Of a stretch of 64,000 bases of DNA, positions 24,356-34,517 are shown one piece after another. A program made the translations under genes and the position numbers. Source of the stretch: a virus. Each line of letters starts with the position of its first letter. The stretch's first letter is position 1. The notes beneath the pieces are model-generated. The model was not told where the DNA came from. It did not search any database and worked only from the letters and a program-made list of their open reading frames with translations. Location: positions 18,520 to 82,519 of IMG/VR virus record IMGVR_UViG_3300036851_000321; one strand, given 5' to 3'.

Positions 24356-25830
24356 CCTGGGCGCTCGCCGACTTTCGACGGTTCTGCGGCTTACTTCAAA
24401 TACAGCCCAAGGGCGGCGGCGGGCGGATTCGATTCGCGCTTTCGCCGATTCAGCGGCAGTACGACGCGCAACGCACGGCGCGGGACATCATCCTCAAGCC
24501 GCGCCAGGTCTACATCACGACGCTCGAGGCGGCGCGTGACCTCTGGTTCTTTGTTACTCGTCCCGGCGCCCGCGTTGTCGTGGTCTGCCAGTCGCAGACG
24601 GACGGCGCGCCCTTCAAGGACATCGCGGACAAGTTCCGCTTGTTCTTTGATTCGCTGGCCCGCGCCGGGCTTCGGCTCGACTTCGGGCGTGAGGCCGTCG
24701 GCGAGTGGTCGCTCCCGGCGCGCGACTCGACGATGCGCATCATCCAGGCCGGCGCATCCGAGGCAGCGGCGGCGAAGAAGGGGCGCGGCGGCACGGTCAA
24801 CCGACTCCACGTCACAGAGGCCGCGTTCTTCGAGCGCGCCGAAACAACCTTCAACTCCCTGTTGGAGTCGGTACCCGGACCCGAGCACGGCTCCGAGATC
24901 GTGAACGAGTCAACGCCCAACGGCGTTGGCGGGTTCTATTACGACCAGTGGCAAGCGGCGATCCGCCACGAGAGCGGCTACCGCGCGCACTTCTTCCGCT
25001 GGTGGGACCACCCGGAGTACACGCTTGAGCTCGACGTTGGCGAGGCCATCACGCCAGCGTCCGAGCAGGAAGAAAAGCTCGTCGCGCTTGGGGTCAACCC
25101 GGCGCAGCTGAAGTGGTACCGGCGCAAGGTCGCCGAGAAGGGGAAGGCCCTTACCACTCAGGAGTATCCGAGCGATCCGGAAACCTGCTTCCTCGTTTCC
25201 GGGCGCGCGTTCTTCGACGCCGAGGTGACCGCGGCGCTCGGCACGAAGCGAGCTGCGCCGATCGAACTTCGTGAACGCGCTCGCGTTCGGTTGTTTCGTC
25301 GGTACGAGCCCGGCAAATCCTACATCCTCTCCCTCGACACTTCCGAGGGCGGCGGCGGTGACCCGAGCGGCGGCATCCTTCGGGAGCGTTCAACCGGCGA
25401 GCACTGCGCGACGATCGTCGGCCAGTACCAGCCGTGGGAGCTCGCGAAGTCCGCGGCCACAATCGGCCGCGAGTTCGGCGACGCACTGATTGCCGTTGAG
25501 CGAAACAATCACGGCCACGCCGTGCTCCAGGCGCTCGAGCGTGAAGAGAAGTACAAGAAGATTTACGTCCACGCGGACGAAAAGCCCGGCTGGCCCACCA
25601 ATGCGGTGACGCGGCCGACCATGCTTGACGCGCTCGAGGACGCGCATCGGCGCGGTCTTTGGAAGACGCGCGATGAGCTGGTGCTTGAGCAGTTCCGCAC
25701 CTTCGTGATCACCGACTCCGGCAAGGCCGAAGCGCAGCACGGTGCACAAGACGACCTCGTGATGGCCGAAGCGATCGGCTGGGCGGTCCGGCAGATCCCA
25801 GTGTTCAGCTACCGCCGCGTGCAATCGTGA
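24304..25830 (+). CDS. terL: Terminase large subunit
   Basis: LKPRQVYITT, LHVTEAAF, NESTPNG, QEYP, LDTSEG, VERNNHG, DDLVMA. Confidence 0.95.
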   Translation: MPADGAGTDRRQRAEFLAWALADFRRFCGLLQIQPKGGGGRIRFALSPIQRQYDAQRTARDIILKPRQVYITTLEAARDLWFFVTRPGARVVVVCQSQTDGAPFKDIADKFRLFFDSLARAGLRLDFGREAVGEWSLPARDSTMRIIQAGASEAAAAKKGRGGTVNRLHVTEAAFFERAETTFNSLLESVPGPEHGSEIVNESTPNGVGGFYYDQWQAAIRHESGYRAHFFRWWDHPEYTLELDVGEAITPASEQEEKLVALGVNPAQLKWYRRKVAEKGKALTTQEYPSDPETCFLVSGRAFFDAEVTAALGTKRAAPIELRERARVRLFRRYEPGKSYILSLDTSEGGGGDPSGGILRERSTGEHCATIVGQYQPWELAKSAATIGREFGDALIAVERNNHGHAVLQALEREEKYKKIYVHADEKPGWPTNAVTRPTMLDALEDAHRRGLWKTRDELVLEQFRTFVITDSGKAEAQHGAQDDLVMAEAIGWAVRQIPVFSYRRVQS

Positions 25831-25894
25831 TCATCTTCAAGAGTCGCAGCGCCGGACCGAGCATGAGCGCGCTGATCTGCTGGGGACCCCCAAC

Positions 25895-27466
25895 TTGCCG
25901 ACCTACGCCCAGCTCAACCAACGTCACCCGAGCCACAACGAAGCGCGACGCGCGGAGCTGTGCGGACTCTACGAGGGTGCCGAGAAACTCGAGCGGCTCT
26001 ACCCGACGCTGCTGCCCCAGCGCGAGCGTGAGCGCCCGCAGCGATACGCCACGCGCCTGAAAGAGGCGCAGTATCGCAACTACCTCGGCCCGATCATTGA
26101 CTACTTCGCCTCGATGCTGTTCGTCTCCCGGACGGTCAGCAAGGCGAAGCGAGACGAGAAGCCGGTCGAGTCGCCCGGGGATTACTGGTCTGAATTCCGT
26201 GAGGACTGCGACCGCGGCGGAACCGACCTCGACGACCTATTCAAGTCGCTCCTCACCTCGGCAATGGTCGAGCGCTCCGGGTGGCTCCGGCTGCACCAGC
26301 CGACCGACGGCGGCCCGACTCCCGAAAGCGCCCTCGACTTTGAGGCCCGCAAGCTCGGGGACTGCTGGGTCGAGAATCTCGACGGCTGCGACGTGCTCGA
26401 CTGGGACACCGGCGAGGACGGGCGGCTCCTCTGGGCGGTAACGCATCACGAGGAGCGGAAGCGCCAGGGGCTATCCGGCGACCGGAAGCGCGTCGTCGAG
26501 ACCTGGCACTACCTCACGCCCGAGAGCGTCGAGACCTACCGCGTCGAATACGACTCGGACAAGAAGCCTCACGCGGACGACGAGATCGGCCGCTTCGGCG
26601 AGCCGATACCTCACAACTTCGGACGAGTGCCGCTCGTCTGCCTCGACCTCCCGCCCGCGCTCTGGGTGGCAAACCGACTGCGTTCCCCGCAGCTCGCGCA
26701 CTTCCGGAAGGTAAACGCGCTCTCGTGGTCGCTCGCTTCGACCTGCTACGCGATGCGCGAGTACTTCGTTACCAGTCCCGACGACTTCGAGAAGCAGATC
26801 AGTGGCGCCGGGTACGAGATCGTCCTCCACAAGGACGACAAGACGGCCTGGTCCGCCCCTCCCGGCGATCACTTCGCCGCACTCGACACCGAGATCAAAG
26901 CCGAGAAGGACGAGATTTTCCGCATCGCGCACCAGATGGCGCTCGGCGTGGAGAACAACGCCGCGGCCGTCGGGCGCTCCGCCGAGAGCAAGGCGAGCGA
27001 CGCCGAGTCAACGCGGGTCGTGCTCGTCGCGTTCTCCCACATCGTCCGCGAGACCATCAAGTACACGCTCGACCTCATCAGCCGGGCGCGCGGGGAAGAC
27101 TTCACGTGGTCTGTTGAGGGACTCGACGACTTCGCGGCGCTCGACGCGGCGGCATTCATCGAGAACCTGAAGGCGCTCTCCGAAGCGGGGCGCACGATCC
27201 CGAGCAAGACGTTCCAGGTCGCGATCAACGAACGCACCGCGGAACTCCTGCTCCCTCACATGGACGAGCAGCTGAAGACGACCGTCCGCGAGGAAATCCA
27301 AGCTGGCACAACTGACCCCGCGGAAGATGCCGAACGGGAGCGCGAGCTCGCCGCAGAGGTTTTCGGCAAGCGACCGGGAGAAGCACCGAGCGGCGCTAAA
27401 CGGCCTGGCAAGGTTGCTCAGCCACCAAAGCCACCCTCGGGTGGTGATAGCGGGCGGGCCCCGTAG
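25895..27466 (+). CDS. Portal protein
   Basis: Follows terL; 523 aa; LLPQRERE..RYATRL, HNFGRVPLV, SAESKASD. Confidence 0.9.
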   Translation: MPTYAQLNQRHPSHNEARRAELCGLYEGAEKLERLYPTLLPQRERERPQRYATRLKEAQYRNYLGPIIDYFASMLFVSRTVSKAKRDEKPVESPGDYWSEFREDCDRGGTDLDDLFKSLLTSAMVERSGWLRLHQPTDGGPTPESALDFEARKLGDCWVENLDGCDVLDWDTGEDGRLLWAVTHHEERKRQGLSGDRKRVVETWHYLTPESVETYRVEYDSDKKPHADDEIGRFGEPIPHNFGRVPLVCLDLPPALWVANRLRSPQLAHFRKVNALSWSLASTCYAMREYFVTSPDDFEKQISGAGYEIVLHKDDKTAWSAPPGDHFAALDTEIKAEKDEIFRIAHQMALGVENNAAAVGRSAESKASDAESTRVVLVAFSHIVRETIKYTLDLISRARGEDFTWSVEGLDDFAALDAAAFIENLKALSEAGRTIPSKTFQVAINERTAELLLPHMDEQLKTTVREEIQAGTTDPAEDAERERELAAEVFGKRPGEAPSGAKRPGKVAQPPKPPSGGDSGRAP

Positions 27467-27812
27467 CGGAAAAAGTCACTTGGCTCAGAAGATCGCCGCG
27501 GGCCGCATGGTCCACGACGGCGAGGAGCTAAAGGGCATCGAGTGGTCCGCCGGCTCTGAGAAGGCTTCACGCTGGCTCGATGTGCCGGGACCCTGGGTCT
27601 GCGAGAACGTCGCGATGGCGCGGGCCCTTCGAAAGTGGTTGCTCCGTAACCCCACGGGGTTGCCGGCCGACCTCTTCATCCAGCTCGACACGCAGGTGGC
27701 CGAGCGGGTCCCCGGACAGGAAGCGATGGCCGTCGGCTGTCGGACCGTCTGGGATCAGATTGAACCCGAGCTTGTCAGGCGCGGGGCGAAGATTTTGAGA
27801 GCGAGACTTTAG
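27327..27812 (+). CDS. Small P-loop kinase-like protein (start uncertain; overlaps portal 3' end)
   Basis: VVIAGGPRSGKSHLA Walker A; NMP-kinase-like size. Confidence 0.65.
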   Translation: MPNGSASSPQRFSASDREKHRAALNGLARLLSHQSHPRVVIAGGPRSGKSHLAQKIAAGRMVHDGEELKGIEWSAGSEKASRWLDVPGPWVCENVAMARALRKWLLRNPTGLPADLFIQLDTQVAERVPGQEAMAVGCRTVWDQIEPELVRRGAKILRARL

Positions 27813-27813
27813 G

Positions 27814-28260
27814 ATGAGCGGAAGCTGGGATCTTAGCGGCACAAGCCCCGCCGCAGCCAGCACGGTTGCTGGAGCGTCGGCGTCAGGCCTTTCGAGCTGC
27901 CTAGAGCTCATGGTCGAGGCGCAGCTCGTTGGCGCAACGGGCGGCACGCTCGACGTGTGGCTTCAACGCAAGGTCGGCCCGAACCTTTGGGTTGACTGGG
28001 TCCACTTTCCCCAGCTTGCGGCCGGCGCTTCAGCGATCCGGTACTCGTTCGCGGTGAAGAACGCGGCAACGGCGACCGGGGCACTGACCGCCGTCACGAC
28101 CGTCGGCACGGATGCGGCGCCTGCGGTTGGTGCAGGCGTAGGTCTCATAACCAACGGGCATCCGGGCGACTTCGTGCGCGTCGTCTACGTCGCCGGCGCG
28201 AGCACATCAGCCGGGGCACTTGCCAGGATCATCATCACGGGTATCGGCCCGAGCCGCTAG
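27814..28260 (+). CDS. Putative virion beta-sandwich protein
   Basis: GTLDVWLQ...WVDWVHF...VRVVY; Ala/Gly/Thr-rich. Confidence 0.6.
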   Translation: MSGSWDLSGTSPAAASTVAGASASGLSSCLELMVEAQLVGATGGTLDVWLQRKVGPNLWVDWVHFPQLAAGASAIRYSFAVKNAATATGALTAVTTVGTDAAPAVGAGVGLITNGHPGDFVRVVYVAGASTSAGALARIIITGIGPSR

Positions 28261-28787
28261 ACGCTGATGCGTGACGGCTTCACGGCCCGCAGAACGAACG
28301 CCAGCTGCGCATCGTTCTCCCAGATTGTCTCAGGCTCGAAGTCGGCCCGGTAGAACTCACGGAAGTCGCTCATCGGGGTCTTTCCGATCTGCTTCGTGTA
28401 CTCGGCCTGCGAGAGGAACACGAGCGTTGCGGACGAGATGATCCGAGTGTGTGACGGGTCGCCCCAGGCCCAAACGGATTTCCACGAAGGACACGTGCCG
28501 CAGAGCAGGCCGCCCGGCTTCAACACCCGCCAGTAGTCGGCGAATTGGCCGAGCAGGCAGCGGGCGTCTCCTTGCGGGCCGAGGTGCTCCAAAACCTCGT
28601 ACGCGTGCAATTCGTCGAACGAATCGTCGTCGAACGGCAAGCGCGGCTCTCGCAGATCGTGAAGCACGTCGGGCTTGTGCGTCGCGACGTTGTCGAGCGT
28701 GACGAGCTCGCCCCACTCCTTGCGGCCACCCGCCGCAATCACTCTCTCGCGGCGCGTGCCGCAGCCAATCAATAGGTCACGAGGCAT
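28257..28787 (-). CDS. Class I SAM-dependent (non-DNA) methyltransferase, antisense in the head module
   Basis: LLIGCG, LPFDDDSFD, EVLEHL, WRVLKPGG, AWGDPSH. Confidence 0.85.
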   Translation of the reverse strand: MPRDLLIGCGTRRERVIAAGGRKEWGELVTLDNVATHKPDVLHDLREPRLPFDDDSFDELHAYEVLEHLGPQGDARCLLGQFADYWRVLKPGGLLCGTCPSWKSVWAWGDPSHTRIISSATLVFLSQAEYTKQIGKTPMSDFREFYRADFEPETIWENDAQLAFVLRAVKPSRISV

Positions 28788-28936
28788 CTGCTGAGTGTAC
28801 CTGAACACCCGGGAGACCGGGTGCGCGGGATTCCAGGCCACCCGTCAACGGCCCGGCGAGACGCCGATCGCAACGGCGCGCGGTGACACCGACCGGATCG
28901 GTGCGAGGCCCCCTGCCAAGGGCCGGAAGGATTGGC

Positions 28937-29740
28937 ATGCGTACGTTTGGAACCACCATCCCCCTGTTCGACAAGGCCGGAGACACCGGCACCGGAAGCG
29001 GCGGCGGTGACCCCGCGAAGCCCTTCACGGACGAACAGCAGGCCGCCATCGGCGCGGCCATCAGTGGCGCGCTCAAGAGCGAGGGCAAGCGCCTCGTTTC
29101 GGCAGCCGTTGGCGAGGCCGTAAAGGCAGCACTCGGCGACCTGAAGATCGGCGAGCAGATTGCGGCCGAGGTCGCGAAGCTCAAGCCCGAGCCACCCGAG
29201 CCGAAACCCGGCGACAAGAAGCCTGACCCCGAGGTCGCCGCCCTGAAGGCGAAGCTCGAAGAGGTCACGGCGAGCCTCAATAACGAAGCCGAAGAGCGGC
29301 AAAAGGCCGTTCTGCTCGCGCGCGACGAGAAGGCCATGGCGACGCTGAAGAGCGCGCTTGCGCCGCTGGTTCGCCCCGAGGCGCTCGAGATCGCCGCGTC
29401 TCATCTCTTCGTCGCGCAGAAGCGCGTCACGTTCGACGAGCAGGGGAACCCGCTCCTGACCGTTCGCAAGGCGCCGTACGCAGGCCAGGCGGAAGAGGAC
29501 CTCCCGCTGCCGCTCGCCGATGGCGTCCAGCATTGGGTCAAGTCGAGCGAGGGCAAGTTCTTCGCTCCCGCCCCGACCGGTGGCGGCGACACGAAGGGCG
29601 GAGGCGCACCGCGCCGCGTGCAGGCCGGCTCCGACGGGATGCCTCGCTACGACGCCGAAGCCGCGAGCGACGACGAACGCGATCGGCGCGCCGAAGAGCG
29701 CGTCGCTGCCTACAAGCAGCGCTTTCCGAATCTCACCTGA
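28937..29740 (+). CDS. Capsid scaffolding protein
   Basis: Precedes MCP; LFDKAGDTGTGSGGG, coiled coil, FFAPAPTGGG. Confidence 0.8.
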   Translation: MRTFGTTIPLFDKAGDTGTGSGGGDPAKPFTDEQQAAIGAAISGALKSEGKRLVSAAVGEAVKAALGDLKIGEQIAAEVAKLKPEPPEPKPGDKKPDPEVAALKAKLEEVTASLNNEAEERQKAVLLARDEKAMATLKSALAPLVRPEALEIAASHLFVAQKRVTFDEQGNPLLTVRKAPYAGQAEEDLPLPLADGVQHWVKSSEGKFFAPAPTGGGDTKGGGAPRRVQAGSDGMPRYDAEAASDDERDRRAEERVAAYKQRFPNLT

Positions 29741-29844
29741 GCTCGCCCGTTTCCCCACGCTCAATGACGAGCTGGGTGCTGCGCGCGGGCGACCAACAAC
29801 GACCGTCCGAATAGCCCGCCGCGCGGGAGAGAAAGAGCAGACCC

Positions 29845-30852
29845 ATGGCTGATACGCCGCAAACCCTTGCCCTCATCGTCCAGGCCCAGGAATACCGGGG
29901 CCGCATCGTCCAGAACATCAACCGTCGGACGGTGCTCCTGAAGACGCTTCCGATCGTTCGCGGCGGAGGGAAGAACGTCTCGTGGGTGGCGCAGTCCTCT
30001 GGTCACATCGCGGAGAACTACACGGACGGCGCAACGGCCGCGAACTTCGGGAGCGACGCGCAGGACGACGCGATCCTGTCGTGGGCGCTCTACCGCGGCA
30101 ACATCCACGTCACCAAGCTGGCGATGGACTCGGCCGCGACCTCGAACACGCCGGCCGGGAACAAGCGCCTCTGGGTGAAGAACCAGGTCGACGCGATGAG
30201 CACGCTCGCCGCGCTCGTCGAAGACGAGCTCTTCAACGGGCTTGGCACCGGCACGCTCATCGCCGGGCTCGACGTTGCCATCGGCGACGACACGAACACC
30301 TACGCGACGATCGATCGCACGACTTCGACGTACTGGAAGCCGTACGTGGTGGATCCGGGCTCCCTCACGGCGCCCACGATCGCTCTCATCCGCGCGGATC
30401 TCGGTGCGATCTACGACTCGTGTGGCGAAACGCCCGACATGGCGGTCTGCCCGACTGCCGTGTTCAACAAGATCGCGGGTCTCTTCGACCCGAACCGCCG
30501 TTGGACCACGATGGACACGTCGCGCGGTCGCATCAGTCTCGATGCCGGCTACGAGGGCATCCAGATCGACAACTGCATGTTCCTGAAGTCGAAGGACGCG
30601 ACGGCGAACCAGATTTACTACATCAACTCGAACTACGTTCACATCGAGACGCTACCCGACTCCGAGGTGCCGCTCGAGATCCAGGACGCGGTTCCGGCAA
30701 CGGACGGCTACGGGTCGGTCCCGCTCGACATGAAGTTCCATCCGCTTGCCGAGGTCGGCCCGGCCAAGCGCGCCGAGGTTCTGGCGAACTGCCAGCTCAT
30801 CGTCGAGAAGCCGAAGAGCTGCGGCGTCCGTAAGAACGTCGCGACCACGTAA
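29845..30852 (+). CDS. Major capsid protein
   Basis: 335 aa after scaffold; LFNGLG, IAGLDVAI, YATIDR; strongly biased codons. Confidence 0.9.
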   Translation: MADTPQTLALIVQAQEYRGRIVQNINRRTVLLKTLPIVRGGGKNVSWVAQSSGHIAENYTDGATAANFGSDAQDDAILSWALYRGNIHVTKLAMDSAATSNTPAGNKRLWVKNQVDAMSTLAALVEDELFNGLGTGTLIAGLDVAIGDDTNTYATIDRTTSTYWKPYVVDPGSLTAPTIALIRADLGAIYDSCGETPDMAVCPTAVFNKIAGLFDPNRRWTTMDTSRGRISLDAGYEGIQIDNCMFLKSKDATANQIYYINSNYVHIETLPDSEVPLEIQDAVPATDGYGSVPLDMKFHPLAEVGPAKRAEVLANCQLIVEKPKSCGVRKNVATT

Positions 30853-30878
30853 GCCTGAAAGGGCTCCGGGAAACACCC

Positions 30879-31415
30879 ATGGCATACACCACGCGCAATT
30901 TGCCCGACGAGATGATCTTCTCGCTCGTGGCGGCCCACAATCTGCGACAGGAAGAGGCGGTCGCGTCGTTCTTCCACGCGGACACGACGCAGGTCACGAG
31001 CGGCGACTACCGCGCGCGAACCGTAGCGGACGACACTCCGGCCCTGAGCATCGGGGGTAACCCCACCGACTCGACGACCGTCATTTCGTTCACGAACGGC
31101 CTCAGGAAGCTGATCAACCGGCATTTCGCCGACACCCGGGCGCACAACACGGCCGTCAGTGCCGCCACGGCCGCAGCGGTCGCCACTGATCTCACCACCG
31201 CCATCACGGCGATGAACCTGATGAAGGCCGAGTACGGCACTCACCTCTCGGCGTCGAACGTGCACTTCAACAACGACGGCACGAACACGATCGCGGCGGC
31301 CGACGCCACGAACCAGACGACCGCCATCACGCTCCTCACGGAGATGCGGACGGACGTTGGTGCGCACGTCGTGAGCGCTCCGCTCGGCGCGATGATCCAA
31401 CTCGTGGACGCCTGA
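30879..31415 (+). CDS. Putative head-associated protein
   Basis: Follows MCP; repeated AATDLTTAIT / DATNQTTAIT units. Confidence 0.6.
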   Translation: MAYTTRNLPDEMIFSLVAAHNLRQEEAVASFFHADTTQVTSGDYRARTVADDTPALSIGGNPTDSTTVISFTNGLRKLINRHFADTRAHNTAVSAATAAAVATDLTTAITAMNLMKAEYGTHLSASNVHFNNDGTNTIAAADATNQTTAITLLTEMRTDVGAHVVSAPLGAMIQLVDA

Positions 31416-31416
31416 C

Positions 31417-31941
31417 ATGCGGTTCTACAACCAGGGCAAGAACGCGCTCTCGTGGGACATGGGAGGCGAACGCTTCTCGTGCGAGCCATGGGGCGCGGTC
31501 GAAATACCGGATGCCCTGGTGCCAGCCGTGCGCTCGCGCGGTCTCCCGCTCGACGTGACCCCGACGGCGCCCGAGCTCCGGGCGCAGGTTCGGGTTGCTG
31601 ACGAGCGGGCGGCTTCCGACGCGGCGCCGCTTCTCGCCTTGCGAAAGCAGGCGGACGACGCGGCGGCTGCGGAGCGCGCGGCAAAGGCAGAGGTTGAGGC
31701 CCTGAGCGTCGAGATTTCTGCCGAGCGCGGTAAGCTACGCGACGCGCGCGAGCAGATCGCGGAGCTGACGAAGAAGCTCAAGGCGGCGGCATCGGACAAG
31801 GACGCGGCCGAAAGGCTGCTCACCGAGGCGAGCGCACAAGCGACCGCGTCGGAGGAGCGCGCGATCAAGGCCGAGGCACTGCTCGCTGAGCGGACGAAGG
31901 GCGGCAAACCCGAGAAACAGAAGTCTGCCGAGCCGAGGTAG
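31417..31941 (+). CDS. Coiled-coil protein
   Basis: Long Ala/Glu/Lys heptad region. Confidence 0.65.
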   Translation: MRFYNQGKNALSWDMGGERFSCEPWGAVEIPDALVPAVRSRGLPLDVTPTAPELRAQVRVADERAASDAAPLLALRKQADDAAAAERAAKAEVEALSVEISAERGKLRDAREQIAELTKKLKAAASDKDAAERLLTEASAQATASEERAIKAEALLAERTKGGKPEKQKSAEPR

Positions 31942-31944
31942 CCG

Positions 31945-32349
31945 ATGGCCTTTACGGCTGCCCAAGAGGACCAGATCCGGCAGTACCTCGGATTCGCGGC
32001 TGGGTTTTACGACCTCAACACGCGATTCGAGAGCATGCTGGACACGATCGGCGCCGACGCGGTCGCACAAGCGAGCGTCGAGGCCATCATGGCCAAGATC
32101 GTACTCGCCGAGGCGGCAATCGCGGCGGGCGGCACGAGCTCGAGCGCAACCGGATCGCTCAAGGCGATTGTCGGTGACGTTGAGTGGTACTCCGTCGGTG
32201 AGAGCGAAGGCGCCGTCACCACCTCGCGCGACTACGGCCGCATCCTGATCAATCGCCTCGCCGCTCGCTTCGGCTTCACTCGTGAAGAGCTCCCGAGCGA
32301 CTACTTCGGCGAAGGCGGCTGGCGCGGGGGGGAGATGGCGCTCGGATGA
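31945..32349 (+). CDS. Head-tail adaptor-like protein
   Basis: MAFTAAQEDQIRQYLGF; size and position. Confidence 0.65.
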   Translation: MAFTAAQEDQIRQYLGFAAGFYDLNTRFESMLDTIGADAVAQASVEAIMAKIVLAEAAIAAGGTSSSATGSLKAIVGDVEWYSVGESEGAVTTSRDYGRILINRLAARFGFTREELPSDYFGEGGWRGGEMALG

Positions 32350-32987
32350 CCTTCAGTCCCTACATCGCGACCCCGACCCACGACGCCCGTGTTCACGGCG
32401 TCTACATGGTAGGCGTCATCGCGGCTTCGCACACGTTCGAGGGTTGCGACTGGGCCATCATCAACGGGACGGGGCTCATGCGGCAGCGTGACAACCTCGT
32501 TGCGCGGTTCCTGGACGGCAAGTGCTCGCACCTCCTGTTCGTGGACTCGGACATCGGGTGGTGCCCGGCCGACGCCCAAAGACTTTTCGATACTGGTGAA
32601 GATTTCGTTGGCGGCACCTACTGCCGCAAGTCCCCCGGCAAGGCTCCTACCGCCATTCTGCTCCCCAATCGGAAGGGTGAGCTCTACGAGGCAACGCACG
32701 TTGGTACCGGGTTTCTGCTGATCTCCCGCTCCGCCATCGAGCGCATGGTCGAGCGGTTCGCCGCGGACACCTACCAGAGCGCCGGAGAGAGCTACGCGGC
32801 GCTCTTTCACCAGACTATTCACGAAGGCACCGAAGACCTCGCGTTCTGCCGGAAGTGGCGCGAGTGCGGCGGCAAGGTGTGGATGCACACCGGAGTCGTG
32901 CTCCCTCACTACGACGGGAACACGCCCTACGTCGCCGACGTGAGCGAGCTTCGAAAGCCGGTCGAGGCTGAGCGAGCGGCGGCGTGA
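32346..32987 (+). CDS. GT-A (family 2-like) glycosyltransferase
   Basis: YIATP, RDNLVARFL, HLLFVDSD (DxD), GTGFLLI, EDLAFC, VLPH. Confidence 0.85.
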   Translation: MTFSPYIATPTHDARVHGVYMVGVIAASHTFEGCDWAIINGTGLMRQRDNLVARFLDGKCSHLLFVDSDIGWCPADAQRLFDTGEDFVGGTYCRKSPGKAPTAILLPNRKGELYEATHVGTGFLLISRSAIERMVERFAADTYQSAGESYAALFHQTIHEGTEDLAFCRKWRECGGKVWMHTGVVLPHYDGNTPYVADVSELRKPVEAERAAA

Positions 32988-33430
32988 CTCTCGCCGACGA
33001 CCTTCTCCCTGTTGTATTTGACGCACGGTCGATTGCTGGTGACCTCGGCTTCCGCCCGCATTCGGTGGCGGTGGTCATCGAGTACGCGAACGAGACGACT
33101 GGGCAGGGCGGGATCACCAGCGAGCGCACCCCGATCGTCGAGGCGCAGAGCCAGAATCCGCGGATCGTCTGGGAGAAATCCGACGACGTGCCGTTCGGCA
33201 ACGCGCCATCAAACATCATCATGGTCGGGCCGGTCACCCCGAGTGACTCGCTCGACGAGATCTTTACCCGTGAGCTTGGGGCCGGCGAGAGTCGGCTCCT
33301 CATAGTCACGGGACCGAACAACCCGGACGGCGAACGGTTCGCGATCGTCGACTACGACGCCTCGCGTCCACTGCGCCGGATGATCCGCGCGCAAGGCATG
33401 GAGCAAGCGCTCCAGGGCTTCACCACCTGA
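32984..33430 (+). CDS. Head closure/stopper-like protein
   Basis: Neck-module position; beta-rich. Confidence 0.55.
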   Translation: MTLADDLLPVVFDARSIAGDLGFRPHSVAVVIEYANETTGQGGITSERTPIVEAQSQNPRIVWEKSDDVPFGNAPSNIIMVGPVTPSDSLDEIFTRELGAGESRLLIVTGPNNPDGERFAIVDYDASRPLRRMIRAQGMEQALQGFTT

Positions 33431-33906
33431 TGCCGCTCTTCGGGGATTTCCAGACGCTCAAGCGCTGGGAAAAGAGCATCGGGCAACTCGCGTCGCGCGG
33501 ACTCGCGTTCGATTGCGCCAACGAGATGGCGGAGGCGCACCTTCGTCAGGTGGCGCGCGAGTTCGAGACCGAAAGAGACCCGTTTGGCAAGCCCTGGAAG
33601 CCAAAGAAGCGCCCCGACGGCCGCAAGATCCTTCGCGGCAAGACCGGAAACCTTCGGCGGTTCCGCAAAGCCACGATCAATCAGCGCGGGTACAAGATCG
33701 GCACGACGGCGCCCTACCTCCGGTTCCACCAGTCGGGGACGAGTCGAATGGCGCAGCGCCGCGTGCTCCCCGGCAAACGACTCCCGACGCAGCTCGCCTC
33801 CGAGTTCCGCTCGATCTTCACCAAATACTGCCGGCAACGGCTGAGGCTCATCGGTGGCGGAATCCGAGTTTCGGGCACTGGTTCAGGCGGTACACGCGCA
33901 GCTTGA
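33430..33906 (+). CDS. Virion morphogenesis / tail completion protein (Mu G-like)
   Basis: FETERDPFGKPWKP, KILRGKTGNL, IGTTAPY..FHQSG, MAQRRVLP. Confidence 0.85.
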   Translation: MPLFGDFQTLKRWEKSIGQLASRGLAFDCANEMAEAHLRQVAREFETERDPFGKPWKPKKRPDGRKILRGKTGNLRRFRKATINQRGYKIGTTAPYLRFHQSGTSRMAQRRVLPGKRLPTQLASEFRSIFTKYCRQRLRLIGGGIRVSGTGSGGTRAA

Positions 33907-34450
33907 AACGATCCTGACGGCCGAAGGGCGCGCGGTTCCCGAGCTCGTGCTTGAGCGCAAGGTCTGGAACGACGCGATCGATCCCTCGCCACCGCGCATC
34001 TGCTGGATCGAAATGGGCGGGAGGTTTGCCCGTACGGCGAACCCGGTCGTGCCAGCCACGCTGACCGAGCCAATCGCGCCGCAGCCCACTTTCCTCGGTG
34101 CGCGCGAGGCGCTCGCCGGCATCAAGATTTGGCACACGTCCGAGGAGCACGCGACAAGGGTGCTCGATCGCCTCTGGATGGCGGCCGACCGTACCTACCC
34201 TGACCGCTTCATGTGGGACGCGGCGGGTACGGAGTACGAGTTCCGATCGCAAGTGGTCGGCCCGGGAATGCGCCACGGAGTCGAGGTCGTCACCGTCAAG
34301 GTACCGATCTGGATCCCGGTGGCCAAGAACTACGACGGCGAGTTCGAGATCGTCACCGTCGAAGGCCACCAGCTCCGCGTCGGCATCGCGAATCCTCCTG
34401 ACGAAGCGGACGCGACGGTCGAATTCGATCTGAACCGCTGGTCCGGCTGA
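33854..34450 (+). CDS. Tail terminator-like protein
   Basis: Position before sheath; PPRICW. Confidence 0.55.
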   Translation: MAESEFRALVQAVHAQLETILTAEGRAVPELVLERKVWNDAIDPSPPRICWIEMGGRFARTANPVVPATLTEPIAPQPTFLGAREALAGIKIWHTSEEHATRVLDRLWMAADRTYPDRFMWDAAGTEYEFRSQVVGPGMRHGVEVVTVKVPIWIPVAKNYDGEFEIVTVEGHQLRVGIANPPDEADATVEFDLNRWSG

Positions 34451-34517
34451 GCGCGCCGTCCCGCAAAAACAAGCCACTTCCTCACCGCAGCTCCCGCGCT
34501 GCCGAGGCCGAAGTTTC

